Assembly: GCA_964188305.1 (NCBI GenBank)
Contig: OZ076890.1
Source of the DNA: Podarcis bocagei
Taxonomy: Eukaryota
Length of the DNA: 64,000 nt
Direction: 5' to 3' (one strand)
Shown here: piece after piece, positions 40,045-53,005 of the stretch
How positions within the stretch are numbered: position 1 is the stretch's first letter
How the letters are laid out: every line of letters begins with the position of its first letter
Made by a program: the position numbers and the translations under genes
The notes under the pieces: generated by a model
Databases searched by the model: none
What the model was told of the DNA's origin: nothing
What the model saw: the letters and a program-made list of their open reading frames with translations, nothing else

Positions 40045-41958
40045 TTTTTATATGACATTCTTGTTTCAGAGCATCAGCCTTTAAACCAACTTCCTACTAT
40101 GCACCTGTTTCCAGGTTTCCAGCTCATACTGGTCAAAAAGAAATATATGTCCCAGCACATCTCTCCTTTCCTCTCAGCATAATTACCCTGTGACTTCCAT
40201 CAGCTGTTAATGAGGGTTAGTTGTTGTAGAATTGACAGATTAGCATTTTAAAAAATTACTTGAATTCTCAATCTCCCAGTCATCAAACAAAAATGGTATA
40301 ATTGTAGTAACAACAACATTTATTTTTTATTTTATTTTTTTACAAACAAGAGACTCGCAGTGTGTCCAGTGGTGTTCACTCACACAAACACGCAGGGCAG
40401 TGAAATGAAATGAGATAAGAGAACAGCAAGGCAGCACAGAGAAAGAAACACGAAGGCTTGGTTCTGCTGCTGTGTAGGTGTGGCCTTGGAAATGAGCTCG
40501 GACCATGTTCAGAGCAGATTTGTGCTTCTGATAGGTCTACCATGGCAGCAGCCCTGCTAATATTGCGTATGCCATGGCTGAATTGCCATCATGAGAACAG
40601 GAGGAAGGGAGAACTTGCGAAGCCAGGGCCAAGGAGCTTGCAGTTCTAGTAACATACAAATTTATCACCTGGCGTCAAGATGTCGCCAAATCCCTTGCAA
40701 CTTATCAAATGGCATTTGATCTCTCCTGAGAGCTTGCAGTTCTTTGCATCTCTGCAATTGATTGCAGGCAATTCAGAGGAGAACAACATGCACCAACAAT
40801 ACAGAGGCCAATTGTATGCCTTGTGTCCCTTCCAGGAATGATCTATCCAGCATGTACATAACAGCCTCCTGGCAGTGGCTGTCAGGAGTTCCTTTATGAA
40901 GGTTTGCCAAGAAAGGAACAATATCACATACCAGGGCAGCTTGTTGGCAAAACGGAAGGGGTTGCTTTGCCCTGCCGCCACCATCTACCTACTCCTGCTG
41001 CTGCTGCATCTGCTACTGGACCAAAATCAGTGCCAATGGTGGGGCACCCACGGAGGCATCTGCTGCCCGAAGCAGTGGTCTCATCCTGCCCTATAGCTGG
41101 GCCAGCTCTGCCACATACCATTTCAACAGATTTCACTTCTTGCCCCCTGCCTGTCCTGTCAGTAGCCTCCTTGAACAAGGAGGGACTTTCCAAAAAAAAG
41201 CCCCAGTAACTCCTCCATTTCAGCTTCCAATGGGAAATGAGATGTCTTTGCATAAAGATCCCTGGTACCATGTATTCTATTATCTAGATGTGTAGATTGT
41301 CCAGCACTTTTTATTGATATTTTCTTACTGATGTTTTATTGATCCTGCAATAATGTATGTTGTTTGCAGGCTTAATAAAAGTGTGGTGTATGCATAGCTA
41401 AATAAATAATCACAGTAATCCCTGGGTAGTTTCCAGAACATCATAAAATTAACATCAGTTGCAAAAATACATGTCAGTTAAACCAACAATTAAAAGTATA
41501 TTTTAAAGAAGCACAGAACAGTATAAAACCATGCAATTTTTTCTTTAAAGTCTCGCTGGTTCTCTCCAAATGCCTGAGAGAGTAAGAATGTTTGGGGTTG
41601 ATGTCAGAAGAGCTTCTGCAAGTAATTTGAGACTCTGCTGAGCTTGATGGATCAGTGTTTTGACTCAGGATAAGGCAGCTACCCAGGTTCTTTGTATGCA
41701 GAAGTTATACAATAATTTCTGCTTGTTTTTATTTTTTCTCTAACAGAAACATGCCAGGTCAATTGTTATGTCAATCAATGTCAAAATGCATAAAGTATGA
41801 GACAGATTCAACTAACAGATCCCACTACTAGAAGCCTGCACAAGGACATCCTGTAATGCAATAGGGTCCTACTCAGAGTAAATCCATTGAAATCAATGAG
41901 CATGACTAACATGCCTATAAATTTCAGTGGGTCTACTCTGAGTAGGACTTGCATTGGC

Positions 41959-42006
<48 letters not shown>
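41959..42006. repeat. (AAT)n microsatellite
   Basis: Seen directly. Confidence 0.97.
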
Positions 42007-43497
42007 TTGATATTTATACCCCGCCCATCTGGCTGGACTTCCCCTCTTACAACTCTTCATTGACGGTTTTTACAATGCTACATGGGTGCATAGACCATTC
42101 TAATTTAGGATCATAATTCTACATCAAACAAATACAAACTAAAATTATTTGTGGGAGGGAAAGGAAGTGTTAGAATTTTTTCATTTTGGTTAAAATAGTG
42201 CTATACCATCATTTTCTAAATGCATGGGAAAGTATGCAAAATATTCAGATGTACTGTATACATTTCCCCTTTTTAAAAAAATGTAAGAAGATTCAGCTGG
42301 GTGAAAGGAAAGCAGAGAAATCATTGGGTGGTAGCCAAAAAGCCATTTTTAAAGTAGGTACTGGAGAAGACAAAGTGGCTAAAAAAAATGATCTCATTGG
42401 GGTGGCATATTTTAAAATTTATAAACTAAAACTGCAAGGGAAGCTATAAGAGCAATGCATGCATTTGCCAAATAGATCTGTTCTTTTAAAATGCATTTTT
42501 AATGCATGCATATTCCATGGCAACCTTATGGAAATCTCAGCAAATGTTCCAAATATAGCGTTTACCCAATTCATCCTAAGGGTTTGTTTTTAAGTTCCCT
42601 TGTTTTTCCCTTCTTTATTTCCTTCTGGACCTCCCAAACACTTTAATGACAGCATTGATTTCATAGCACCTTCCCAGGAGGTTTAAGTGAGGGCTGCAAT
42701 GCACTGGCAGTTTAAAGACCAAGGAACGTGAAGGGCTTCTCTCCTTTCATAAAGGTTACTTCTTATAACACCACATTTATTGGGAGATGAAAAAGAAGAA
42801 CTAATACCTGTCTGTTGGAAGCAGGAGTCTTGTGAGTTTTCCCAGTGGAATGTGCCCCCCCGCCCCCGCTTCTTCTTATGCGACATTAATCTGGTGTCTG
42901 CTGCTTTGTTTTTGCTATGTGCTCTTGTAGGCACTTGGAGAACTATTGGGATTATCAGTGACTTCACCAGAGACCGAAACTTCAGCTGCTAAGAGGAAGA
43001 GGGAGTTTTCAACACCTAAACACCTTAAAAAGCAAAACAAAACTCCACGCACACATGGCAGAAAAATGATCTGAATGCATCCTGTAGACAGTTGTGTGAG
43101 AAAGGGCACAGTATGCAAATACAACAAAGGATCTTGTGGCACCTTCAAGTTCTTTGTTAATCTTTAATGTGCCATAGGACTTTTTGTTGTTGTTTCTGCT
43201 ACCCTTCTGGGATTTGTACACGAAGAGCCACGCACGTGGCACTTTTGATTCAGGTACCCATCTGCATCCATGATGAGACCTTGATAGTAATTTTGGGAGG
43301 AAAGACTGGCCTTTCATGCTGTGTTGCCACCATGATTCATTTGATACGTGCAGATAGACACCCCCCATAGGGATCCTGTTGAAATTTCTAGGCTCTTTAA
43401 GGAATATTGGAGGATTTACAATACTATATTAATCATAAACAAACTTTCGATTCCTGAGGTAAATTTCAGCACCTGTTTTTCTAGAAAAATAGCACTG

Positions 43498-43734
43498 AAG
43501 AAGAAGAGTTTGGATTTGATATCCCACTTTATCACTACCCTAAGGAGACTCAAAGCGGCTAACATTCTCCTTTCCCTTCCTCCCCCACAACAAACACTCT
43601 GTGAGGTGAGTGGGGCTGAGAGACTTCAGAGAAGTGTGATGAGCCCAAGGTCACCCAGCAGCTGCATGTGGAGGAGCGGGGAATCGAACCCGGTTCACCA
43701 GATTACGAGACTCTTAACCACTACACCACACTGG
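43498..43734 (-). mobile_element. tRNA-derived CORE-type SINE (Squam2-like)
   Basis: Minus-strand ccagtgtggtgtagtggttaagag...gggttcgattcccc head; (CTT)n tail. Confidence 0.8.
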
Positions 43735-45240
43735 ATGTCCCTATTTTCATCAGAGAAATATTGGAGGATATGCACTCATCAGAATCATGCATAACTGATG
43801 ACTGTGAGAGGAACATGCATTTGCCAAGGAGAGGCTCCTTGCCCCTGTCTCCCCCCATCCCGCCTTCTTCTGGGTCAAAAAGGACCTGCACATTGGCGAT
43901 TGTGCATCAGTTGGATGCACCTAAAATGGACGCCGCCTGTGTATCCTGACCCCAGGATACTCCACAGCCCAGAAACTCTGGGAAATTGCAGTCAAATATC
44001 ACTAGCAAGCTTAGGGCTAATTAATGCATGAAGGGGTTAAGATCACTGAACTGTATTGCTAGACTCAGTTAAGTCACACCCCTCATATTTAGTGAAGGAG
44101 GAAGTGAACCTTTCTTCATTCTGTTCCACCATGTGAAGCCAACCAGGCAATATGTCTTGGCTCGACTGATTCAAGTTAAGACCATGTGTTCAGAAGAATT
44201 TTTCCGTATTTTGCAAACCCAATATTTCTGCCTGTGTTCTTTTTGCTGCTGCTTTTTGCTGGAGCTTTTAAGCAAAGCATTTAAATTTATGAATGCTATG
44301 GTCTGTTCATTGCAAGAGGAATGGAGAAGGGAAGCACTGTAAGCAGACTAAATGGGATATTTAAAGTGTCTGCAACCTGCGCTCCACATGCTTCACTGTG
44401 CTGCACAATTTTGTAATTTTATGACTCTGCTGTGTAATTTTATGACTCTTGCTGAATCCAGCCTTTTTATTATTATTAATTACCTCACACAGGCGATTGT
44501 ATTTATTGCACGGAAACCTCAGCCACCCCAACCAGAAACCTCAGCCACAAGCCACAACAAACAACCTGAGGCATTCTCCACCCAGTGCCAGCACTACAGT
44601 TCCACAGCTGCTAATGGGACAGACCATAGTCGGGATGGAACTGCTGCAATAGAACAACATGGGCTTTGAAGCCCAGAGTTTATATACCTCTTTAAACAAA
44701 AGCTTCAAAACCTGTTTCAGACTGAGTATGTGCCCCCATGCCTTTTCCTATGGACTAGTGTAGCCAGGATACTACTTGGCAGGGTGTGGTAGATTCCTGC
44801 CCTGTCAGGATACTCTTCTTCCTTTCCTTTATGGAGCCCAAATGCATATGCAATCCTTTAGCCAGTGTAGATAAATGTAGACTCTTGACTAATAGGACCG
44901 CCCTCATTGAGAGGGGGCACTTTTTTGTAATGTTGGTCTGATTCGATCACATTCCCTGAGCTAAGGTAAACTTGGCTTATAGAGACAGGACATTTATCAT
45001 GAAGCAATCAATGTAACTCTTTAGATACTTGTTTCCCGGATGCTTCCAGCTTGCCTCCTTTTTCTGAATAAACCAATTCCATTCTAAACTCTTACGAACA
45101 CAGCTGAGATAAAGCATATCCCAGGCTCCCTGCAGCAAGCAGATGACCCAACAGTTTATTTATTAAATTTGTATCCCGCCCACCCACTCCAAGGTGCTCA
45201 GGGTGACAAAAAACAAGTGAATAAAAACACATTTGGGGGC

Positions 45241-45665
45241 AACATAGGAAGCTGCCTTATACTGAGTCAGACCATTGATCTACCGTATTTTTCGCTCTAT
45301 AAGATGCACTAGACCACAAGACGCACCTAGTTTTTGGAGGAGGAAAACAAAACAAAACAATTCTGAATCTCAGAAGCCAGAACAGCAAGAGGGATCGCTG
45401 CACAGTGAAAGCAGCAATCCCTCTTGCTGTTCTGGCTTCTGGGATAGCTGCACAGCCTGCATTCGCTCCATAAGACGCACACACATTTCCCCTTACTTTT
45501 TAGGAAGGAAAAAGTGAGTCTTGTAGAGCAAAAAATATGGTATTTAGCTCAGTGTTGTCACTTGCTGGCAAATGCTCTCCAGGATTTCCAGTCTTTCCTG
45601 GAGACGCCAGGGATTGAACCTGGGGACTTCTGCATGCAAAGCAGATGCTCTACCATTAAGCTACT
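45241..45665 (-). mobile_element. Squam3-like SINE interrupted by a Tc1/mariner MITE (45281-45542)
   Basis: SINE tail and head flank TA-bounded TIRs ccgtatttttcgctctataaga / tcttgtagagcaaaaaatatgg. Confidence 0.8.
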
Positions 45666-47497
45666 GGTGACTGCAACTTCTCCAGCACTAACATGTAACT
45701 ATATTGGTGTAAACCTTTCAAGCAGTAGTGCTGTGCTCTGCTGGTCCAAGTGATTTAGTCTCAATCTCTATTCCTGCATAAGTCATAACTAGACAAAAAG
45801 ATCATACTGTTGTTAAAAACAGTGTTATTTTTCTAGAAAAAGAGGTGCTGGAACTCATCATGAATACCTCCCTCATTCTCTTAGAATGGCAATGGCACCT
45901 ACCTGGTTGGTGCTGGAACTGAGTTCCAGTGAGTTTTGGCTGAAAAAAATCCCGGTTTAGAATGATTTTTTAAAGAACATTAATCTATAGGTGCCACCCT
46001 CCACCCTCCCAAATAATGCTTGGAAAGCAGAGTAATCATGGTACAAGCTATTCTGTGTTGTTCTGCCTTCTGCATAAAGCAAACACAGCTGCACAAAAAT
46101 ATCCTCAGGGTTTCTCAGGCAAAAATTAGCTTGCTTAAAGAAGGTGAACTTCAATAATGGAGCTTTTAGAATGTAGGCCAAACAGCAGTAAATGTTCAAG
46201 TCATGCATAAAACCAAGAGAGGGCATCAAAGCAGATGTAATTAAAGTTCAAGGTTCTGTGCGTAGGCATACGGTATTAAGGCTGCTGGCAAGCAGAGAGC
46301 TGTTATGTAGTGAGGCCATTTTCTCCAGTAAGAAGGCATTTTGCTGTTATAAACAACAAATTTCCTTCAAAACACCTGGTGACCATAATATAAAAGAACC
46401 ATCCCTGTACAACTTAAGATGGCATTGATACCTCAGCTGGAAGCTGCACTATATGCTTAGTCTGCAGACTTTGGGAGACTGCATCAACAAGAACCCACAT
46501 GTCAGGCAGTCCCTTGCTTCTAAGCTTGGCTCTTCTGGTTCCTTCTGGATGGTGTCTTTAACAATATCCAATAAATTCTTGTCCTGGTCACCAGCTCCAC
46601 TGTATAGCATATTACTTTCTTGTTCAATTCTCTTCCTTCCCATCAGAATTCCTTCCTAGTATATAAACTTGGGTGCAAGATCCCTCATTCTACTAAATCT
46701 GCAGGCTAATGCAAGTCACACAAAGGATTGCAGCTCTTCCCATTCGTAGAAATCTGGATTAACCTCCTTTACTTTGATTTTTAAAAAACCTTCGATTCTG
46801 GTTATCATTGCTTTTAAGTGCAAATTAACTATGTTATGCACATTTCAAAAAATTGCACATTTATTCCATTTGCAGTACAGCGTTTCTGGGAAATTGATCT
46901 GAGGTTTATAGCACAGAATTATGGAACCACTCACATGGAGTGAAGCAGAGCTCATAATTCACATACGAAAAAGTATCATGCCGGATCAGACCAACGGTCC
47001 ATATATGTTCCTCTAGACGTAGGGGAACCAAACACTGCCTGCCAGCTGACAGGGCTTTACAGAGCCGCAAGTCTGGGGCAGAGGTGGGAGGCTGGATGGT
47101 TGCTGCATGTGCTCCTGGCTGGTGCTTCGTTTGGGCCTGGATCAAGCTTGCTGTCATCACACAACCTCAGTAGGATTGGCTCAGGATTCCACAGATCCCC
47201 TCACTGCCTCTCAAGGTTCCAAGCGGAAGTTCCAATGAATGGAGGTACCATGGGCAGGCTTTATTCATCTTCCAATCGGGACACTGAGGGCTTCAGTACC
47301 TTGAGTAGGCTGGGAAATGAAGCCCTGTGGTTACTTAGACACCCTCCATCACTTCCCTGGAATGTTCAGACATGTTCTCTCCCCTGGCAAGTTCTCTGTA
47401 TCTAGGAGGAGATGTACCAAGAAGGAGGAGTGATGTGCAGGATAGGCTCAGGCAGAAGAAAATGGCACACAATGCGTTATCACATTTATGTGTTGTT

Positions 47498-47691
47498 CAG
47501 GGGTGCCAACTTGAATAAAATATTGGGGGGGGGGTCATGTAAGCCCCACCCCACATAATTGATCACATGATGTGGCACATGCACATTATTTGAATGGTAA
47601 TGCTGATCAACTTGGGGGGGGGGGCTCGGTCCCTTCAAATATTTTATTGGGAGACCAAAGGGACCTAGGCCCCTAGGAATTGGCTCCTATG
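47498..47691. mobile_element. hAT MITE
   Basis: caggggtgccaa / ttggctcctatg ends; 8-bp TSD gtgttgtt/gtgttttt. Confidence 0.7.
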
Positions 47692-47882
47692 GTGTTTTTG
47701 TTTTAAAAAAAGTGCGGCTGTGGAAGCGCCCTATCTGGATTGAACTCCAAGGGGGCTTTAACCATTTCCCATGATCTCTATTTTCCCCTATGAAAATTGC
47801 TCCCCCAAGCTTCTATTGGCCCCAGAAAGGAAACTGAAATTTGCAGCTATAGTGCAAGGGGGGGGGCTCCCCACTCTCCCAA

Positions 47883-48271
47883 AGGGCTGTAGCTCAGTGA
47901 GAGAGCATTTACTTTGTATGGAGAAGGTTCCTGGATTCATCTCTAGGTAGGAGTAGGAATAGGGTTGCCTGAAAGTTGCTGAGGGCTTTTCAGGAAGACC
48001 CCAAAAATTCCAAAAAAAGAGAGCGCTTTTTTGATTGACTTGCCTAAGGTCCAGGACAAAGTGCCACCTCTCAGAAATTCCCCCTGGAATTTCTATTCCG
48101 CCTTTGAAATCCTGGTAATGTCTGGGAAAATCCGGGTACATGGCAGCCCTAAGTAGAAAAGTCTCCTCACTTAAAACCCTGGAGAGCTGCTGCCAGACAG
48201 TGTGTACAATACTAAGCTTAATGGACCAGTGGCCTGACTCCAGGTAGCTGTAAAGCAGCTTCCTGTGTCCC
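47883..48271 (+). mobile_element. Squam3-like SINE with a nested hAT MITE (47960-48151)
   Basis: TIR tagggttgcc/ggcagcccta; TSD agtaggaa/agtagaaa. Confidence 0.8.
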
Positions 48272-48275
48272 TTCA

Positions 48276-48499
48276 CATGGGTCGGCAAACTAAGGCCCGG
48301 GGGCCAAATCTGGCCCAATCGCCTTCTAAATCAGCGTGTTTTTACATGAGTAGAATGTGTGCTTTTATTTAAAATGCATCTCTGGGTTATTTGTGGGGCA
48401 CAGGAATTTGTTCATCACCCCCCCCCCCATATAGTCCGGCCCCCCACAAGGTCTGAGGGACCGTGGACCGGCCCCCTGCTGAAAAAGTTTGCTGACCTG
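48276..48499. mobile_element. hAT (Charlie-like) MITE
   Basis: catgggtcggcaaact ... agtttgctgacctg ends; ggccc subterminal repeats. Confidence 0.7.
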
Positions 48500-49947
48500 T
48501 CCCTGCATTTCAAAGAGCAGCTTTCACAGTAGCAGAGGAAATAATTAATTTCCCCTTCCATGCCTGTAGTGACCCTGATCATTATCACATGCCCCAGTTG
48601 GTTGATATTTTCATTTTAAAAGCAACAACCCTGCAGGCTAAATGCAAAGATACATTTAGCATTGTATCATATGAGAGGAGGAAATGATAACTAGCATACT
48701 TGTAGCAGCCTGCTCCACCCTTCTTCTTCTTTTTTTGCCAAATTATCAGAGCATTCCTTTTTAACCTCACATCCCATGCTCCATCCTACATCAGTCTGAA
48801 GTCTCCTGGTGCTCAGCAACATTCCATGCGGCGGCTACTGAATGAAACTCTCTTGGAAAATATAATTGTTTCAGAATAACAGGTCACTCCACTTCATCTA
48901 GAACACTTTGCCTTGGCAGTTTTCTAGGTATCTGTTTAGCTGGGAGAACAAGCAAACCAGGAAGTTGAATCTGAGAACTGATTCACACAGTCAGGCTACT
49001 CGAATCACAAGCACAAGCAATCGTGGCATTTCATGATCATGCAGAGGGAAACCATGGCCAGATTCAGGGTGGTGTGGGTACCAAGCCGAGGGGGCACAAA
49101 ATAATAACAAAAAATAATTTAAAGAATTAGGAATTACTGTGAAAATAAGAAGTATTTTTTTTGGGGGGGAAGGGAATAAAATTTGGTCCATGCTCAGAAT
49201 GCCATATGACCAAAATCGGCCCCTGCAAACTGGAAGAAGTGAGTGAAGAGCTAAGGAATACGACTGGAGCTGCTTGCATATATGTGCTCTCACCATCAGC
49301 ACATGGTCATATGGGATGGCTGCATTGAGGAGGGGCTGGAGGATGGTGGGCTAAGCCCCCTTCCACATCCAACCGCATGGACTATGAGAAATATCTGTTT
49401 TCACAGCCAGCAGCTTTTCCACACCTTTCTCTTGCCTCTGGGTTGTGAGCAGCAGATGGGAAGGAGGGACAACTCTGCAGAAAAGGTTCCGGTTTGGCCT
49501 TGAGGGTCTTCCATTGTGCAGCATGATCCCTAAAGTAAGGGAACTGACTGCAAAACAACCCAAGGTCTTTACCATAGCAATATTAACCAACATAGATGGC
49601 TATCAGTTATTATTGGCTAGTGTTGAGAGATTCCCACAAGAGCCTGTCCAGTGTTCAGGCATGATGAGAGTTGTACTCCAGCAGCTTCCAAGATATCCAG
49701 CAGCAGTGGAAGCCACCCCTGTTTTCAATGCTATTTTATCTGTTGTGGCCTGTCTTTGATTTGACCCATTCCCTATTCATGTGCCTTTTGTGTGGGCTGA
49801 TTCTGAATGTTATTTCTCTCACACACAGTTCCTTATTCAACACAAGAAATAATAAAGGAGACATAATATGTTTGCACACCTCTACTCTCCCCATCCAAAA
49901 GTCCCTCATTTGGAACAGCTGAAGTCATACACCTTCAGGTCCATGAG

Positions 49948-50071
49948 CATGGGCATAGCGGGGGGGGGGCAGGGAGAGGCTGCTGCCCCCCCAGTCAATA
50001 AAAATACAATAGTGGGGGGCAGGCCCTAATAAAAAGCCTGCTTCCCACTAAAAATCCTGGCTATGCCCATG
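49948..50071. mobile_element. Short hAT MITE
   Basis: Perfect TIR catgggcatagc/gctatgcccatg; partial TSD tccatg. Confidence 0.75.
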
Positions 50072-50112
50072 TCCATGTCTGATGTCAGAGATGCTGTAGG
50101 ATAGGGTCTGAT

Positions 50113-50573
50113 CAGGGACGCGGACTTAGAAAAAATATTGGGGGGCCCCGGGAAAGCTCATGAATAATAAATAAGCTCATGAATATGCAAATAAAGTGGC
50201 TCCGGCCCTAAATAGGGCAAGCCACGCCCCCCAGCCAGCCGATTGGCTGGCTGGGAGGTGTGGCCAGTTGGGATTCCCCTGTTCTCGCGGGATTTCCGGC
50301 AGTGCCTTGGCAGTGGCGGTGGTGCTGCGAAGCAGCGAGGCAGGAGCCCCCGCTCCCGGGGATTCCCTAATCTCGCGGGGGACGGCCGGGGCTCTCCGAT
50401 TAGGGCGCGCGGCTGGCTGGCTGGCGAAGGAGCAGGTGGGGAGGAGGCGGGGGGCGGCGGCGGCGCTCTGCTGGAAGGGCGCCCGCCCGAGATTATTGGG
50501 GGGGCTGAGCCCCCCCAAAATTTTTTTTGAGGGGGCTCGAGCCCCCTCAAGCCCCATGGAGTCGGCGGCTATG
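50113..50573. mobile_element. Young CpG-rich hAT non-autonomous element
   Basis: Perfect 8-bp TSD ggtctgat (50105-50112 and 50574-50581); imperfect TIRs. Confidence 0.85.
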
Positions 50574-50879
50574 GGTCTGATCCAAATCTTCCTTTTTTTC
50601 CTCACAGCACTCCAAAGCTTCATATTTAAAAGGCTGAACACGGTTAAAACAATTTTGGCCCACTGAAAAAGGAACTGCTCTGGTTCTTCCAAAATGGATT
50701 TTTAAGTGGTGGCAGGTTTATAAATACTTACACTCTGTTTCCACACACACACACACACACACACAGACAGAATGGCAGCACAAAACCAGAAAACTGCACA
50801 AACAACTCTAAAAATTGTGCACGGAGAATCTGCTTGTGTGCTTTTGCACACTTATTGGGCAGCTTCTTTTTATTCTTTA

Positions 50880-51505
50880 TCTTTTAAAATATATTTTTAT
50901 TGAAATTTTCTGGTTTACAAAAGCATGTGCAATGCCTCTTTTTCAAGTTACATTTTCTACAGATCAGTTTCATTTGTTGAGACATTGGTATTACATTAGG
51001 AAGAAAAGGGGGAAACAGGTGGAGGGGGGATGGTAAAGGGTGTGTGGGGGTTGGGTGGCAATGCTACTGTATTCCTGTTTGGTGTGTGTGTGCCACTTAT
51101 GTGGGTTCTCTTTACTAATTGCATGTATTTCTTTGGGGTTTAGAGAGGTTGGGGGTGGCCTAGGCTAGGGTGTGGCTGGTTGTCTTTGGCTGTAGTGAAA
51201 ATTGTTTCATGTGTGAGTGGGCTGGGTGGGTGTTTTTGGATCAGGTTAGCCAGATTGATTTGAATGCTGTTGGCAGGTTCTTGTTGGGCTGTGTATGTGA
51301 TAAAGGGTAACCATACCGGGTTGAAGGCGTCTTCTTCTATTTGTCCCCACGTCAGTTTCAGTTTGTTGGTTAGTTTTTCTAATAAGGCTGTTTCCCATAC
51401 TATTTGACACCATTGGTCTATGCTTGCTCCAGACAGGTCTCTCCAGTGTCCGGCTATGATGCTTCTGGCTGCTGAGAGTAGGTGCGTTATGAATACACAC
51501 ATTTG
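50880..51505 (-). mobile_element. L1-clade LINE 3' end (ORF2 C-terminus + 3'UTR)
   Basis: ITHLLSAARSIIAGHW...W...EKLT...F..VW.PFI pattern in ORF 51140..51613; A-rich tail. Confidence 0.75.
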
Positions 51506-51999
51506 CCTCAGAACAAGGGGCACTTGCAGCACTCTTTTATTTTGATGGGACTTACTCAAATAAATTTGCCTAAGATCATACTGGGTCAGATAGTGCAAAT
51601 GTGAAGTTAGCATGTATACACGGGGAGAAACTACCAGTAACTTTTTGAGTATACAAAGATCTACTGAAGTAAGCCAACAATGTCAAATTGCTTTTCCTCA
51701 GGTGTTTTGGGGACGACGTTTGGGGGGGGGGAGGGTACTATGAGCTATGCTCCTTTGTCAAAATGCGTCCAAGGCGACAGGCATTCTGGAGAAGCATCCT
51801 GAAGAGCTAAAAATACTGGGCGGCCTCTCAGTCCTTAACCTTGACCTCTGGGGTCAGAAGCCTCCCGCACTTAAGACGGCAGAGGCCAAACTCCTCCTTG
51901 CAATGGAAGGCAGCATTTTCCATAGGCAAATGATGCGAGAGGCCCAGACAAGGTCATCGCTGTGCTTCCTTTCTTTGCAGAGGGTTTTTTGTGACCAAG

Positions 52000-52960
52000 C
52001 GAAGCAAGGGCATTAGGCGCCAGAGGGAAGGGGGTGGGAAAGGCGCAAGAAGGGGAACTCCGCCAGGAGGCCATCGCCTCCTCATTGTTTAGGGGTTACA
52101 GGGCGTCGGGAGGGCTGCTGGCCGCGCTGCTGGTTGCCAGGCGACCCCTCCTAGGTCACACACAAGGCAGAAGCGAGTCGCGCAACGTCACTCTGACGTT
52201 ACCGCCAACTCTCGTGCTGCTTCTCGCAATCCTCGGGACATAGGTGGCGGCCTAGCCGCCTCGGCTCTCCACTTTGGGCCCCTCACACTACATCCCCACC
52301 CCCACCCGAAGGCTGCGCCACTTCAGCAGCCGCATACAGCCTAAGATGGCGGCAGGACCGAACGGAAATGCCCACGTGACCTAGGGAGCCCCTCTCTGTT
52401 CCCAGAGCCTTATTTCATTTGGACAGAAATCTCGCGAGATCTCAAAGAAAACGAGGAGGGGGGTGACTCACCAGTCTTTACGAAACGAAACGCGAGGGAG
52501 GGGAAGGCAAACCAGGGCGGGGAGGGGTAGAGATCTCGCGCGAGCAGCGCTGTAAACATTGTGTGAAGAAACCTCGCGATAACACCTAGATCCTCCTGAA
52601 TCGGGAGGAGTCCGCAGCCTCCCTAGTTCTCGCGGTAGCCTTGGGATTTCTTCGCCCTCCCCCCACCTCTTTATGCGGAGCGGAGAGTTCTCCCCGCGAT
52701 ACCTTTTGCTGCAAGCAGAGGTGGGGGGAGGGGATCGAGAGGAGGAAGAAGGGGCGTGGTTTGCGCGCTGAAGTCAGCACGGCGCCTGCGAGGGGGCGGA
52801 GGAATATATAAGGGCCCGGGCCGAACTGGGGGGGTTTCAGTTAGAGACGCGATTCCGAGGCGAAGTAGCGGCGATAGCGACAGCGGCCCAGGCTAGTTCT
52901 ACGTCTAGTGAATCCGAATTTCTCTACGCGGAGCGGGACCTCCCGACACGATCTCTCGTT
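52000..52960 (+). promoter_or_regulatory. DDX3X CpG-island promoter/5'UTR: YY1 AAGATGGCGGC (52343), CACGTGAC (52373), TCTCGCGAGA palindrome (52430), GC box, TATATAA (52805), Inr TCAGTT (52837)
   Basis: Motif matches; TATA-Inr spacing ~30 nt; directly upstream of the ATG. Confidence 0.8.
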
Positions 52961-53005
52961 ATGAGTCATGTGGCAGTGGAAAATGCCCTCGGTCTAGATC
53001 AGCAG
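52961..53005 (+). CDS. DDX3X: DDX3X exon 1 (MSHVAVENALGLDQQ)
   Basis: Recognisable DDX3X N-terminus; CAG|gtaaac. Confidence 0.97.

Noticed and set aside
49290-49720. Series of minus-strand exon-like segments
   Set aside because: Stops in all three frames of the best-bounded segment, and implausibly short introns between them.
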